A DNA stretch of 32,000 nt, taken from Wallemia ichthyophaga EXF-994. Taxonomy: Eukaryota > Fungi > Basidiomycota. The notes under the pieces are model-generated. The model saw only the letters and a list, made by a program, of their open reading frames with translations. It was not told the origin of the DNA and searched no databases. The stretch covers positions 480,001 through 512,000 of the forward strand of contig NW_008806276.1 in the NCBI RefSeq assembly GCF_000400465.1. Reading direction: 5' to 3'. Below are positions 10,195 to 21,760 of the stretch, piece after piece. The number at the start of each line of letters is the position of its first letter. Within the stretch, counting starts at the first letter, position 1. The position numbers were made by a program, and so were the translations under genes.

Positions 10195-11264
10195 ATGGAT
10201 TCTTCGCAGCACGTCAGACCGATCATCAGGACACAGCCCCCGAGTCCAGCAGATACTGGTGCCAGCGCAGGCACCGGCAGCGTTCCTCCGCGTTCCCAGA
10301 CGGTGTCTAATGATCGCATTGGCTATCGCCGCAAGGTGGGTGCGCCATCTGTGGATACGAGCATTCCTGAGTACATTTAGGTCGGATTCGATAGCATGGA
10401 TGAATATCTCACTGGGCATCCCTTATCCACGCTCACACTGCAGGTGTGTAGGCCTTTTAAGCTCAACCCAGCTCAAACAAGCGTACAATGTCGTTAATAC
10501 TCTACAGTCCACAACTTCCGATTACAAGAGGTTAAAGAACAGTCGCATTTTCCTCGTTGGAGCTTCTACGGACGTCAATGGCCAGAGGTGGGCGTGATGT
10601 TTGTCCCGAGTTTGAACAAGACGCTCACCACCTAACTAGAGCACTCGACTTCGTACTTATGAACTTGCTAGAGAATGGCGATGAGATTGTGGCTATGAGG
10701 GTTTTCGACGACGAGCAGCGTGCGTAATGCTTTCATTGGTTTGTGAACCCTCTCACACCACACAGGCAATCAGGATAATGCACGTGAGGAAGCCGAGGAG
10801 CTCCTCGAGAGTATTCGTGTTAAGAACGATGAATTTGACAACAGACAGGTGAGTCTGAAACGCCACTGTATCTGAAACCGCTCACGTTGCTCAGATATCA
10901 ATCGTTGTTGAGTTCATAGCAGGCAAGATAACCACAGCTATACGCTCGCTCATTTCGCTCCATCGCCCTGACTCGTTCGTTGTCGGCTCGCGCGGTAAAT
11001 CAGGTACGTGGACGCAGTTGTCGTCCGCGTTCGCCTCAGTCAGGTCAGGCGCAGGGACTGCTGGCGGTATGGGGTCGGTTTCGAGGTTTGTCGGAGTATT
11101 TGAGAGTAGCTGGAACAACACCTCTGACATTGCGTAGATGGAGTCTGAGTAACTCTAAGGTGCCCACTATTGTGGTTAGAAATGATGCCAAAGTGAAGGA
11201 ATCGCTGGCGAAGCGCGCCAATGACAGCAAGAGACGCTCATACCACTCGCTGCTACAAACTTAG
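10195..11264 (+). CDS. Universal stress protein (Usp) domain protein, 254 aa
   Basis: join(10195..10335,10381..10443,10508..10587,10640..10719,10766..10848,10895..11085,11138..11264). Spliced product has YRRKVGFDSM, SRIFLVG, GDEIVAMRV, VEFIAGKI, RPDSFVVGSRG, GSVSRW and VPTIVVR, typical of fungal Usp proteins. Six introns of 45-64 nt. Confidence 0.85.
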
Positions 11265-12094
11265 AGTGTATACTGTGGTGACTTGGCGCAGATCAGATAA
11301 TGACTTGTTGAGAAATAAAGCTCGCAAGGCACATAGAGTACACGACGGATAATCGTTATAATGATTTTTGTACGATATTTGAATGTAACTTTACTCATTG
11401 CAACTGATATGATTAGCGGGAAATTTTTGGTGATGCTTAGCTATGTTTTTAAGATTAAACTTATGTTTGTAGAATTATAGATTATATATATATAGTTTAA
11501 GACTAGTCTTGTAATCTTGTTCAAAGGGGGGACTGGCTGGCTGTACAAGGACGGAAGATTCATAAAATGCATTCGAAAATCACACTAGATTAGTTTTGTG
11601 AGTGACAAGATCATTTAAGTACCCTTAAATATTCTCAACTTGATATTAATGGCTTAGTGGTGAAATGTGCACTACAAAGATCTGAACTTTGGTGATGTAA
11701 TGATGCGTACAGAGAGTGGCTTAGAAGGTATTTGAGACAATCATTAACGTCTAATTAGTTGTTACTTTAATCTTTGTGTCATCCCTTGAAGCGCTTATCC
11801 GTCACCTCACGTCATTCCCTCTCTCGACCAACCTCCAAAAGAGTAAATCATGGCAATCAGATTTGCAGCTCAATCACCGCGGCAAACAGTAGATAATGAA
11901 AAACGACAAAAGCGCCCAAAAAAGTAGCTTAGACAGCCTCCTAACGAACAGTCGAGGTGCGCTTCCAAGTATTATTGATAGGATTACGACAACATGAAAA
12001 CGCTGAATATAGATACAAACAGGCCTCAACTGATTGATTTTCTTGTTATTCAAAACGACAAGAATATATAGTGGCAAAGAGAAAGGGATGACAT

Positions 12095-12207
12095 GTCAGT
12101 TTGGCCGAGTGGTTAAGGCGCTTGATTAGAATTTCATAAGTGGAGTTCTTCCAAAGCATACTATCAAGTACTCTTGTAGTGCGTAGGTTCGAATCCTACA
12201 GCTGACG
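12095..12207 (+). tRNA. tRNA-Ser(AGA) with 31-nt intron (12132-12162)
   Basis: Acceptor stem GTCAGTT/AGCTGAC with discriminator G. A-box TGGCCGAGTGG. Anticodon stem CTTGA/TCAAG with loop TT-AGA-A|intron|A. Long variable arm TACT-CTTGT-AGTG. T arm GTAGG-TTCGAAT-CCTAC. T-run at 12213-12216. Confidence 0.93.
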
Positions 12208-12374
12208 AATACTTTTGCACTTTCATCCGTTTATTTTTGGACTGGGCGGCTCCTACAAAAATCACATAAGTTGCTATTTATCTGAATTCACATTTGTGAT
12301 AATTTAAAGAATTTATTGTTATTTTACCAAGCTGGCCGATTAGCCACTGAGCTCGTTGGACTATCTCTTCGAGG

Positions 12375-13996
12375 ATGGGATTCAGCGGGGGACTCGTGAG
12401 TGGTGTGGAATGCACTAATTCAGCTCTACTCACTCAATACAGCAAATAACAGATCTCAACGATTTTATAACGCCTGGTCAGGAATGCATAAAGCCAGTCA
12501 AAGAATCGAATCAACCGGCGCAGACAGAGACAGCGCCAGAGCCTGCACCAGATGCGCCAACGACGCAAATATCGATTGGCGAGAACGGCGAGTATTTCGA
12601 GCAGAACCAAAAGCTCGAGAAGGCTGAAATAACCCTCAATGACTGCTTGGCCTGTTCTGGGTGCATTACATCAGCAGAGACAGTTCTGATAGAGTCTCAA
12701 TCACACAAGGAGGTGCAAAAGTACCTCAGTAGCACCTCCGATAAGAAAACTATGATCGCATCCATCGCTCCCCAGACTCTGGCGTCCATTTCGGCGTCGT
12801 TGGGCAGCACACCGTCAAACGAAATCTTACTACGGAGACTACGCCACCAACTCAAAGATATTGGTTTCGATTACGTTTTCGATACCACATTCAGTCGGCA
12901 TTTATCGCTGGTTGAGATTGTCAACGAGTTCAACTCGCTCGACCAATCAAACCGCCTCCTTCTCACTTCGGCTTGTCCCGGATGGATCTGTTACGTCGAG
13001 AAAACGCACGGTGAGCTTATCCCCTTCATCAGCACCACCAAGTCTCCCCAACAAATTATGGGGTCGCTTGTGAAATACTGGTTTAGTCAGCACATCAACA
13101 AGACACCCAGCGATGTCTACCACGTCACCATAATGCCCTGCTACGACAAGAAGCTCGAAGCATCGCGACAGGATTTCTACAGCGACTTGTATCAGACCAG
13201 AGATGTCGACTGTGTGTTAACATCAGGTGAAATCGGGTTGTTATTCGATACGCCAGTGAATTTAGAGGTGAACGTGCCAAATGAAAACAGTTTATCGTTC
13301 GAGGAACAAGTCATACCTCATCACATCCAACACCCTGGCACATCGTCGGGCTCATACCTCGAAAACATCCTTAACTTGCTACGTCTCCAAACACCAAACT
13401 TACGACTGGAAACTCATTCACCTCGCAACTTGGCAGATTCCGTAGAATATCTCCTCATCAATGACGAAAATGAATGTGTATTCAAGGGTGCAAAATGCTA
13501 CGGTTTCAAGAATATACAAAATTTAGTTCGTAAAGTAGGCAAAGAGAGGGGAGTAAGCAGCGGAAGGGGAGCTGCAGGTCGCATGGCAGCAAGTCGTGGC
13601 AGAGTACGTACTCGTAACACGGGCAATCCACACGACAGCAAGACATTAGATTTCGTCGAAGTGATGGCCTGTCCGTCAGGGTGCATTAATGGAGGAGGGC
13701 AACTAAAACCTGGAATTAGTACAGACAAGGAGGGTAATGAACGTGATTGGGATAGTGAGGGTGTGGCTGTAAATCCATCCAAGAACATCGAAGAGAGTGT
13801 GCGGTGGTCTACGAAGAATTGGATTGGTAGAGTTGAAGATATATATTGGCGGGCTAGTGAGGATTCGAAAACACTTACGGTCTCCCAAGTTGACGCCAAG
13901 GCGGGTGAGATGCTCGCGGCGCTTGCAAAAGAGCACCTCCGGACGGAGTATCATGCAGTCGAATCTGAAACTAGCGGATTAGCGGTACAGTGGTAG
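12375..13996 (+). CDS. NAR1: Cytosolic Fe-S cluster assembly factor Nar1 (Fe-hydrogenase-like), 524 aa
   Basis: join(12375..12395,12443..13996). MGFSGGLQITDLNDF...CIKP, ITLNDCLACSGCITSAE, SACPGWICYVEK, IMPCYDKKLEASR, EVMACPSGCINGGGQ. Confidence 0.95.
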
Positions 13997-14059
13997 CTGT
14001 CGTGCCTTATAGATTGTAACTTATATTTGCATTGTTGCATTTTTCACACTCATACCATA

Positions 14060-15457
14060 ATGATGAGGTCAGATCGGCGGGAATACTTGGTAGTGGGATT
14101 CACGAGTATCGTAGCGCTTTCTACGTTGTATGCCATGTACAAATTGAATAAAGAGAATAAGAAGAAGAAGGCTCAGTACAGCCCGATCATAATCGAGGAT
14201 CATCGACAGATTGCGGACGGGTTGACTGATTTGATTGGTGGGATGGGAGCTGTGTATTTTGGTACTAGCTTATACTCACCTCAGGCAACACACCTCTGAT
14301 ACGGATACCGTCGCTATCGAATGCGCTCGGCGTCGACATTCTGGTGAGCGCTGAGCTTGTACAATACCCGCGCTAATTACTGTTCAGGGTAAATGTGAAT
14401 TCATGAATCCTGGTGGAAGCGTCAAGGACAGAGTGGCGTTAAAGAGTGAGCTCTTACTGTAATTGGGAACTATCTGCTCACGCGCACGCACTATCCAGTC
14501 ATACAGGATGCGGAAGACAGAGGCGATCTCGCACCGCATACGAACTCGTGCATTTTCGAAGGAACAGTAGGAAGTACTGGGATATCAATAGCAATGGTAT
14601 CCAAAGCCAAGGGATACAGAGCAGGTAGGTTGGAATTGTGTACAACACACCCAAATTAACCCCCAGAAGCTATCATAATGCCAGACGACGTCTCGGCTGA
14701 AAAGGCTGACCTTCTTGTCAAACTTGGTGCCGAAGTGGAGAAAGTTAGACCAGCATCTATAATTGACAAGAAACAGTTTGTAAATCTAGCGAAAGTGCGC
14801 GCATCACAATATACCGAGCGTACGGACAAAGCAGTCGGTTACTTTGCAGATCAATTCGAGCGTCTGAGCAATTGGCACGCACATTATGACGGAACAGCCC
14901 CCGAGATTTGGAAACAAACTGAAGATGGTCAGTTCAGCGCATTCGTAAGCGGCGCTGGTACGGGTGGGACTATCAGCGGTTGTGCCACATACTTTAAACA
15001 GCGCAATAGCAATATCAAAACCATCCTCGCTGATCCTGAAGGATCAGGTTTGTACAACAGGGTCAAATATGGCGTTATGTTCGCTTCTCAAGAAAAGGAA
15101 GGCACAAAGCGACGCCATCAAGTTGATAGTATCGTCGAAGGTATTGGGATTAACAGGCTGACAGCCAATTTTGAGCAAGGGCTGGAACACATAAATGATG
15201 CTGTTAGAGTGAGCGATGAGGAAGCTGTTGCTATGAGCAGATATATCATGGCTAATGATGGTCTCTTTTTGGGCTCGTCATCCGCTTGCAATCTCGTGGC
15301 TGCGGTGCGAAGTGCAAAGAAGATGGAGAAAGGCTCATCGATTGTCACTATTCTATGCGATAGCGGTGGTAGACACCTTAGTAGATTCTGGGATGACAGC
15401 AGGCTGGAGGAGTTGGGCATAAAGGTTAGGAGCGATATATATGATATAATTGCATAG
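14060..15457 (+). CDS. Cysteine synthase-like PLP enzyme with N-terminal membrane anchor (Mcy1/Cys12 type), about 402 aa
   Basis: join(14060..14237,14285..14343,14388..14445,14499..14624,14670..15457). IGNTPL, KCEFMNPGGSVKDR (PLP lysine), EGTVGSTG, DQFE, GAGTGGT, EGIG, GSSS, TILCDSG. The last acceptor may be 14666 or 14669. Confidence 0.9.
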
Positions 15458-15516
15458 TTACAGATAGATTGATGCATATTTTGATACAGAATAAGGACCA
15501 ACAGTAACACTAGGCA

Positions 15517-16552
15517 CTAGAATCGTTTCGCTTGTTTTTGTTTCCAAACGGAGTGTGCAATCTTTGCGATAACCGCAAACAAAGCCAAAACAAAAGAATA
15601 AGTGATAAAGTTAACGATTGTCTTGAAGAATGTCTTGGATTTAGCTTTCTTAGTGTTGCGCATTTTTTCTTGAGCGCGATGATTTACGCCTCTCTCCGCA
15701 ATCTCGTTGGTGTCAACAGAGATGATATCATGGTTATCTGCGATTTCGCCTGTAATAGAACTGAAACCGAGGTAAGGGTGGAGTGGAAGTTGAACATCTT
15801 CAATCATAAAACACTCCTCCCACTCGCCCCACTTCTTTGTTTGTACTTCAAGCTTGATATATTTAGATTTCAAGTAAGAGAATCTAGCTTTTGGTGTAAC
15901 TTCCGCTTTACGGAACTTGAGAGAGCAGCCATCAAGGCTTTGATCCTGGCCGTCGGTGCTGGTATCGTAGAGAGTGCGGCCATCACCTAACATGGCAGAT
16001 ATTCTAGGGAAGGGGTATGAGTGACGACTGTTTGCGTACGTGTCGAAGAAGACACCGAGACCATAGAAGTTGTTGACGCTGCCAAAGACTTCGCCCTCTT
16101 TGTTCCTCCCCTGAGTGAGCCACATAGCGAATCCATCGCCATACATGTGATTGTTTCTCCCACCGACTTTAAACTCGAATTCAACTTGGTAGCTGGAAAC
16201 GGTGATTGGAAGCCTCGACCAAATCCAGCCACGCTCGGATTGCTTATCTTGTGTGAGGCGTATATGATTATTAGCGTCTATAATTGTCGATCCACCAAAA
16301 TCCCACCAACGATTGCTGGAGCCGTGTGAGTTGGCAGGAGAACGAGGAAACGGACTCACTTGAGCTCTTGATCAACGTAAGGAGCAGATATCGAGTGCGT
16401 GCGTAGTCTGTGGTTTTGATTAGGAATGCGGATGAGTAGAGAAGAAACGCAGACTTTGTGGTAACGTCGACATCCCTTGAACCGGGACTATCCTTGTACG
16501 TCGCAGACAGTACGAGACCAGCAAGGAATGAAATTCCAGCGAATAATTTCAT
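15517..16552 (-). CDS. L-type lectin cargo receptor (VIP36/LMAN2/Emp46 family), 314 aa
   Basis: complement(join(15517..16315,16360..16407,16455..16552)). Signal peptide, LRTHSISAPYVDQELNNRWWDFGG, GDGFAMW, GLGVFFDTYAN, YLGFSSITG, DNHDIIS, C-terminal TM and basic tail ending KRF. Confidence 0.9.
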
Positions 16553-16604
16553 TTACGATCGTCGTCGTCGGGTGTTGAGAAGGAAATGCTTCTTGATTCT
16601 GTCC

Positions 16605-17682
16605 ATGTCATTCATCGCAAGGGGAATCAAAAACAGAGGGATATCTCCTCGCTTTCAACCGATACGCACGTTCAAGTTATTTATTAGACTGTCAAATGGC
16701 TCATTTAGGTCTCCCTCAGAGGCTTTGACCGTCGCAAGAGTACTTGAGGAGAAATATGGACGCGTGACAAGCATACAGTTTGCTAGAAATCCTGATACAC
16801 ATCAGCTTCTCAATCATGGTTGGATTGAGTTTGATAATGATAGCCCTGACCTAGAAAAGCCTTTCATACAAGTCCCGATACCGAAATCCAGTCCGAAGAG
16901 TAACCTCACTACTTCATTGGAGGATATTAGGCAGGCTTTTACTAGAAATCCTGTCAACGATGCACAGAAGATATTGGAAATCAAATTAGAGCTTGCGATT
17001 GGTGAGTTAGATGGCTACAGAATCTACAGATACTAAATTCTGCTTAGAAAATCAAGTTGTTGATAAGAAAACGAGTACTATTGATTTAATCAGTCGGTAT
17101 GAGTCTATGTTGCGTTTTAACGGTTTCAAGGGCAGCTTAGAAGGTATTAAGAAGGATATCGAGTTGAAATTGGAGAGCAAAGGTGTTGATACAAACCAGC
17201 TCCAGCGGAAGTATCTCATTGAATTAGAGAATCAAAAGAAGTCTGAGGAAGCAACACCTGCTATAGAAACACAAACGAACGTCTCTGATCAGGACTACCA
17301 TACGCTTGCCACTCAATCTGCTTCATTCACACCTGCAACACCTAGATTACAGCTGAGTAGACGTAAGCAGGTTGTACCTGAGAAGACAGAGACGGAGACG
17401 GAGACAGAGACGGAGACACAAGCACAAAGACAAGCAGAAACAGATACTAATAAATCACCTGTTTCATCAACATCGACATGGACAGCGCCCGCATCTCATT
17501 CTGTAAAAGCAGATAACACAAAATCTGCTTCAGAAGAGAAAGCGTTCAGGGCAGGTATAGAAGCACATAAGCGAGCACTTGAATTGCAGGAACAGAAGGA
17601 AAACGAGCGTCTGGAGGCTGCAGAGAGTGAAAGATCTCAATCCAAGGAGAAAAAGAGATCAATTTGGAATTTATTTGGGTGA
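16605..17682 (+). CDS. Hypothetical protein, 343 aa; presequence-like N-terminus and degenerate RRM-like segment
   Basis: join(16605..17001,17048..17682). A 46-nt GTGAGT...CTAAA...TAG intron joins the two ORFs. The N-terminus is Arg-rich and acid-free. KYGRV..IQFARNPDTHQLLNHGWIEF is RNP-like. Confidence 0.6.
17383..17418 (+). repeat. Coding hexanucleotide microsatellite (GAGACR)n encoding (K/E)TETETETETET
   Basis: aagaca gagacg gagacg gagaca gagacg gagaca read directly. Confidence 0.85.
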
Positions 17683-17697
17683 TGAAGCAATGAGTGG

Positions 17698-18300
17698 CTA
17701 AATAGGATCAGCAATTGTACCACAAGATTCACACTTTCTTATAGATTCATTTGAAATCCAGTTGTTGATCAAAGGTTTCAGTTGAGTGCCGAGATCAGTA
17801 ACGTGGAATGATTCTTCGCGTATGATAGCGCCACCATTTGGATTATCAGCAGTGACATGTGAAGGGTTCTTGCAGTACCATCTCAGTCTATCGATGGATT
17901 TGCTAGGTCTGACTCGTTCAATGACGACACCGATAGTGTCAGCGAATCTGACTGGATTGTGGGGGGTATTCGGTGGGAGTAAGAACATGGAGCCCTCGTC
18001 GATGATAATGTCCTTGAATTCGCCATTGTCGACAACTTTAAGGCACATGGATCCCTGGTGGAGCGGAATAAGCCAGTGTAGCTAACAAGCCAAACACCGT
18101 ATACAGCCACCCACTTTATACTGATAAAACCATTCCTCCGTCTCATTTACGTGATAATCGTTTCGAGCATTTGGGCCACCGACGAGCATTACAATGTTAT
18201 CTTGCCCGGAGTACGCGCAGAAGTTGTTAACCGGTGGCTTCAGCTTGTCTTTATTCTCCTCGACCCATTTTTGAATATTTATTGGTGGCAACAGTGTCAT
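17698..18300 (-). CDS. BNA1: 3-hydroxyanthranilate 3,4-dioxygenase, 180 aa
   Basis: complement(join(17698..18054,18115..18300)). [57 protein letters not shown]-terminal CESCG. Confidence 0.96.
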
Positions 18301-18359
18301 CGCGGTTTGTAATAGACACTCACTAAGAGATCAGACTGGGATTTACTGGTATCTAGAAA

Positions 18360-20740
18360 ATGTAAATATTTGTAAAATAAACCTAAATGCCACTCACACC
18401 AACATCTTCAGGACAGCCCCCACTCAACCGCTCTCCTTCCCGTTACCGCCGACCAGGCAGAGCGAAATCACGCTGATGATTGATAACTACGACAGCTTCA
18501 CTTATAATCTTTATCAATATCTTACCATCTCCGGCGCTAACATTGTCGTTGCACGTAATGACAAGATATCCATCTCTGAAATCGAGGCATTGCGTCCGAA
18601 GAACATCGTAATTTCACCTGGTCCTGGTCATCCTAGCACTGATTCAGGCATTTCTAGGAATGTCATCAAACATTTTGCAGGTAAAGTTCCTATCCTCGGC
18701 GTATGCATGGGGATGCAATCTATGTTTGATGTTTACGGTGGCCATGTTAGCCATGCTGGTGAAATTATTCATGGAAAGACTTCAGCAGTTAAGCACGATG
18801 GTAGAGGTCTTTTCAAAGGCGTTGCTCAGGATATCGAATCAACCAGATATCACTCACTCGCACCTGAATTGACTTCTTTCCCTCCTGAACTAGCCCTTAC
18901 CGCTTCAACTAAGCACTCTGGCGTTGTTATGGGTATTCGTCATCGTAGATTCACCGTTGAAGGTGTCCAATATCACCCTGAATCTATCCTCAGTGAAGGC
19001 GGTAGAAAGCTTCTCGAAAACTTCCTCCTCTTGAAGGGTGGTTTATGGACTGAGAACCCTGAATTCGGCGTTGGTGACGAGAAAGCTCCAAAAGTTGAAG
19101 CTGATAAGAGCGTTAATGGCGTCGGTGCATCTCCACACTCAAAATCACAATCAAAACTACCAACGATACTCGACAAGATTAAGCAACAACGCTTATTAGA
19201 CATCGAAGAATCAATAAACACACCTGGCAAATCTCATTTCAACATCAACGAGTCTTTAGAGTTAGATTTAGCACCACCCCAGATCAGTTTCAGTGACAGA
19301 GTAAAACAAAATCCAGCAAGACCAGCTGTAATGGCTGAGATAAAGCGTGCATCGCCCTCTAAAGGTCTGATCGCGCCAAATGCAAACGCAGCGACTCAAG
19401 CCAAGTCCTACGCTCTCGCAGGCGCCTCAGTCATTTCCGTTCTCACCGAGCCTAAATGGTTTAAAGGCTCGCTTCAAGATATGAGAATGGCAAGGGCTGC
19501 GATAGACGGTATGGCGAATAGACCCGCCATCCTCCGCAAAGATTTCATTCTTGACATATATCAAATTGATGAAGCTAGATTATATGGTGCTGATACAATT
19601 TTGTTGATTGTTGCTATGCTGTCGAAAGAAAAGTTGGTAGAATTATTCGAATACGCTAGATCTAGAAGTATTGAAGCGTTAGTTGAGGTCAACAATGCAA
19701 ATGAAATGGAGCTCGCCATAGAGATTGGCTCAAAAGTTATTGGAGTGAACAACCGCAACCTACACGATTTCAACGTTGATATGTCGACTACTTCGAGACT
19801 AGCTGATATGGTAAAAGATAGAGACATATCATTATGCGCTTTATCAGGAATCACAGGCAGGAAGGATGTCGAAGCCTATCTTGAGCAAGGCGTAGATGCC
19901 GTTTTGGTTGGTGAATCACTGATGCGTTCATCTGATCCAGATGAATTCATAAGGGAGTTGACCAACACGCCAGCAAAAGAAGAGGATTACAAAGGACCAC
20001 TAGTTAAGGTTTGCGGGATTTCTACAATCACTGATGCGCTGGTAGCCAAAGATTCTGGTGCAAATTTTATTGGGATGATCTTCGCAGAAGGCAGCAAGAG
20101 GAAAGTGACGCTGCAGCAAGCCAGAGATATCTCATTAGCTGTGAAGAACTCTGCCAACGCTTCAAATACTGTGTTTGAAGGTGTGCATTCTTCCGAATAC
20201 AACGACACTTGGTTCGATTACCAAGCACGAGTGATAGAATCTGCGTCGAGAATACGTCCACTTCTCGTCGGAGTGTTTCAAAATGCCACACTCGAAGCAA
20301 TTCTCGAAGCAGTACACAATGTACCTCTCGACATTGTACAGTTACACGGCAACGAGCCTATAGAGTGGACTCGGATGATACCTGTCCCAACGATTAAAGT
20401 GTTCCACATATCAGGATCGGATGAGGCTCACCAGCTGCTTAACCTCCGTCAGAGCGGATACCACAGCATGAGTCTACTGGACACGGCTGTTCCCAACTCA
20501 CAGCTCAGCGGCGGCGCTGGTAAAGCGTTCGACTGGAAGATAACCAAACAGATAAATACACATCGCCTTAACTCAATTCCTCTCATTGTCGCCGGTGGAC
20601 TCACACCCGAAAATGTGCAGGAAGCCGTCGAGGTATCGAAACCATGGGCTGTGGATGTAAGCTCAGGTGTGGAGACGCAAAGCAAGAAGGATGTAGTTAA
20701 GATAGTAGAATTTGTGAAAAAGGCTAAAACTCTTAAATAA
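18360..20740 (+). CDS. TRP1: Trifunctional tryptophan biosynthesis protein (anthranilate synthase component II / IGP synthase / PRA isomerase), 776 aa
   Basis: join(18360..18361,18412..20740), or start at 18476 if the first intron is wrong. IDNYDSF, SPGPG, GVCMG, GVQYHPES (GATase). AEIKRASPSKG, SVLTEP, LRKDF, GVNNRNL (IGPS). VKVCGI, VQLHG, AGGLTPENV, VDVSSGVE (PRAI). Confidence 0.97.
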
Positions 20741-20786
20741 TTTATGTTTCTTTCATTGTTAGATACGCCCACGTCGACGGAGAAAG

Positions 20787-21574
20787 ATGGCGGAGAAGAA
20801 GGACGCGACGCGCACGCTTGGTGTCGGAGAGCTAGAATGGCCGCGGAAGATATTTCATTCGAGTATAGGTGGGTTTATAGTGTGCGGAGTGCATCACTAA
20901 CACACCAACGCACATGCACAGGTCCATTAGCAATCGGACTCTATGTTAGTAAGATTTCGATGACGCACATTCTGCGCATTCTCACGATCACTCTCTTGGT
21001 TATTCTCGTTATTGATCTCTTCCGCTTGCGTTCTACTACAATTGGCAAGGGGCGTTTCGCGAATGCGTACGAATCTGTGGTGGGTACGCTGATGCGCGAG
21101 AGCGAGCGCCAGAAACTCAACTCAACTATTTGGTATCTCCTCGGTGCGATCATATCAGTAGCGTCATTCAAACGCGATGTGGCTATTGCGTCTATATCTA
21201 TCCTTGCTTTCGCAGACACTAGCGCATCTACGGTGGGAAGAGTGTTTGGTAGATACACTGTTAGGTTGCCCTCGCCGCCTTTCGCCGAGAAGAAGAGTCT
21301 GGCTGGGTTCTTGGCAGCTTTCGCTGCTGGCGCTTTTGTTAGTTGGCTAATATGGGGTTGGCAGGTCGTTGACGGTGGGTCTATTGCTGAGGCTGGTCGT
21401 CACTCTTTGGATACACTTAGCTGGAATGCATCGGGTAAACTCACTTTGCCATCTTTGATGCTCGCTGTCGGCGCTATTAGCGCTTTTACTGAGTCGCTCG
21501 ATGTCCATGGCCTCGATGACAACCTTACGCTGCCTGTATTATCGGGTCTGCTTATTACTCTCTTGCTCAAGTAG
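20787..21574 (+). CDS. DGK1: CTP-dependent diacylglycerol kinase Dgk1, 244 aa
   Basis: join(20787..20868,20922..21574). Splicing yields EWPRKIFHSSIG, then LMRESERQKLNSTIWYLLG, ADTSASTVGR, KKSLAG, LDDNLTLP. Confidence 0.88.
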
Positions 21575-21760
21575 CCTGAGTAGCTGGAATCTCGTAAACA
21601 CCCTCGCATACCCTTTCAACAGGATAGATTGTACACACTAATATTTAATGACCCTAAGCTATATACAAAGATGCTTATTTATTTAAAATGTACAAACGAA
21701 ATTACAAAGTTTATCTGCTAAAAGTGAAAGGTTTCCATTTTACATAAGAATTAGCTAGTT

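Noticed and set aside
11680-11760. ACAGAGA and ATGATG motifs suggesting U6 snRNA or a C/D snoRNA
   Set aside because: The flanks do not match U6 (no AGATTAGCATGG), and there is no properly placed CTGA D box or terminal stem.
12095-12207. Possible codon-reassigning tRNA (Leu-like 5' end on a Ser tRNA)
   Set aside because: Anticodon AGA, discriminator G and the long variable arm are all consistent with an ordinary tRNA-Ser, and genes translate sensibly in the standard code.
20744-20921. ORF-track N-terminus of DGK1 starting at 20744
   Set aside because: It reads through an intron in the wrong frame. The spliced model from 20787 restores the conserved PRKxFHSSIG motif.
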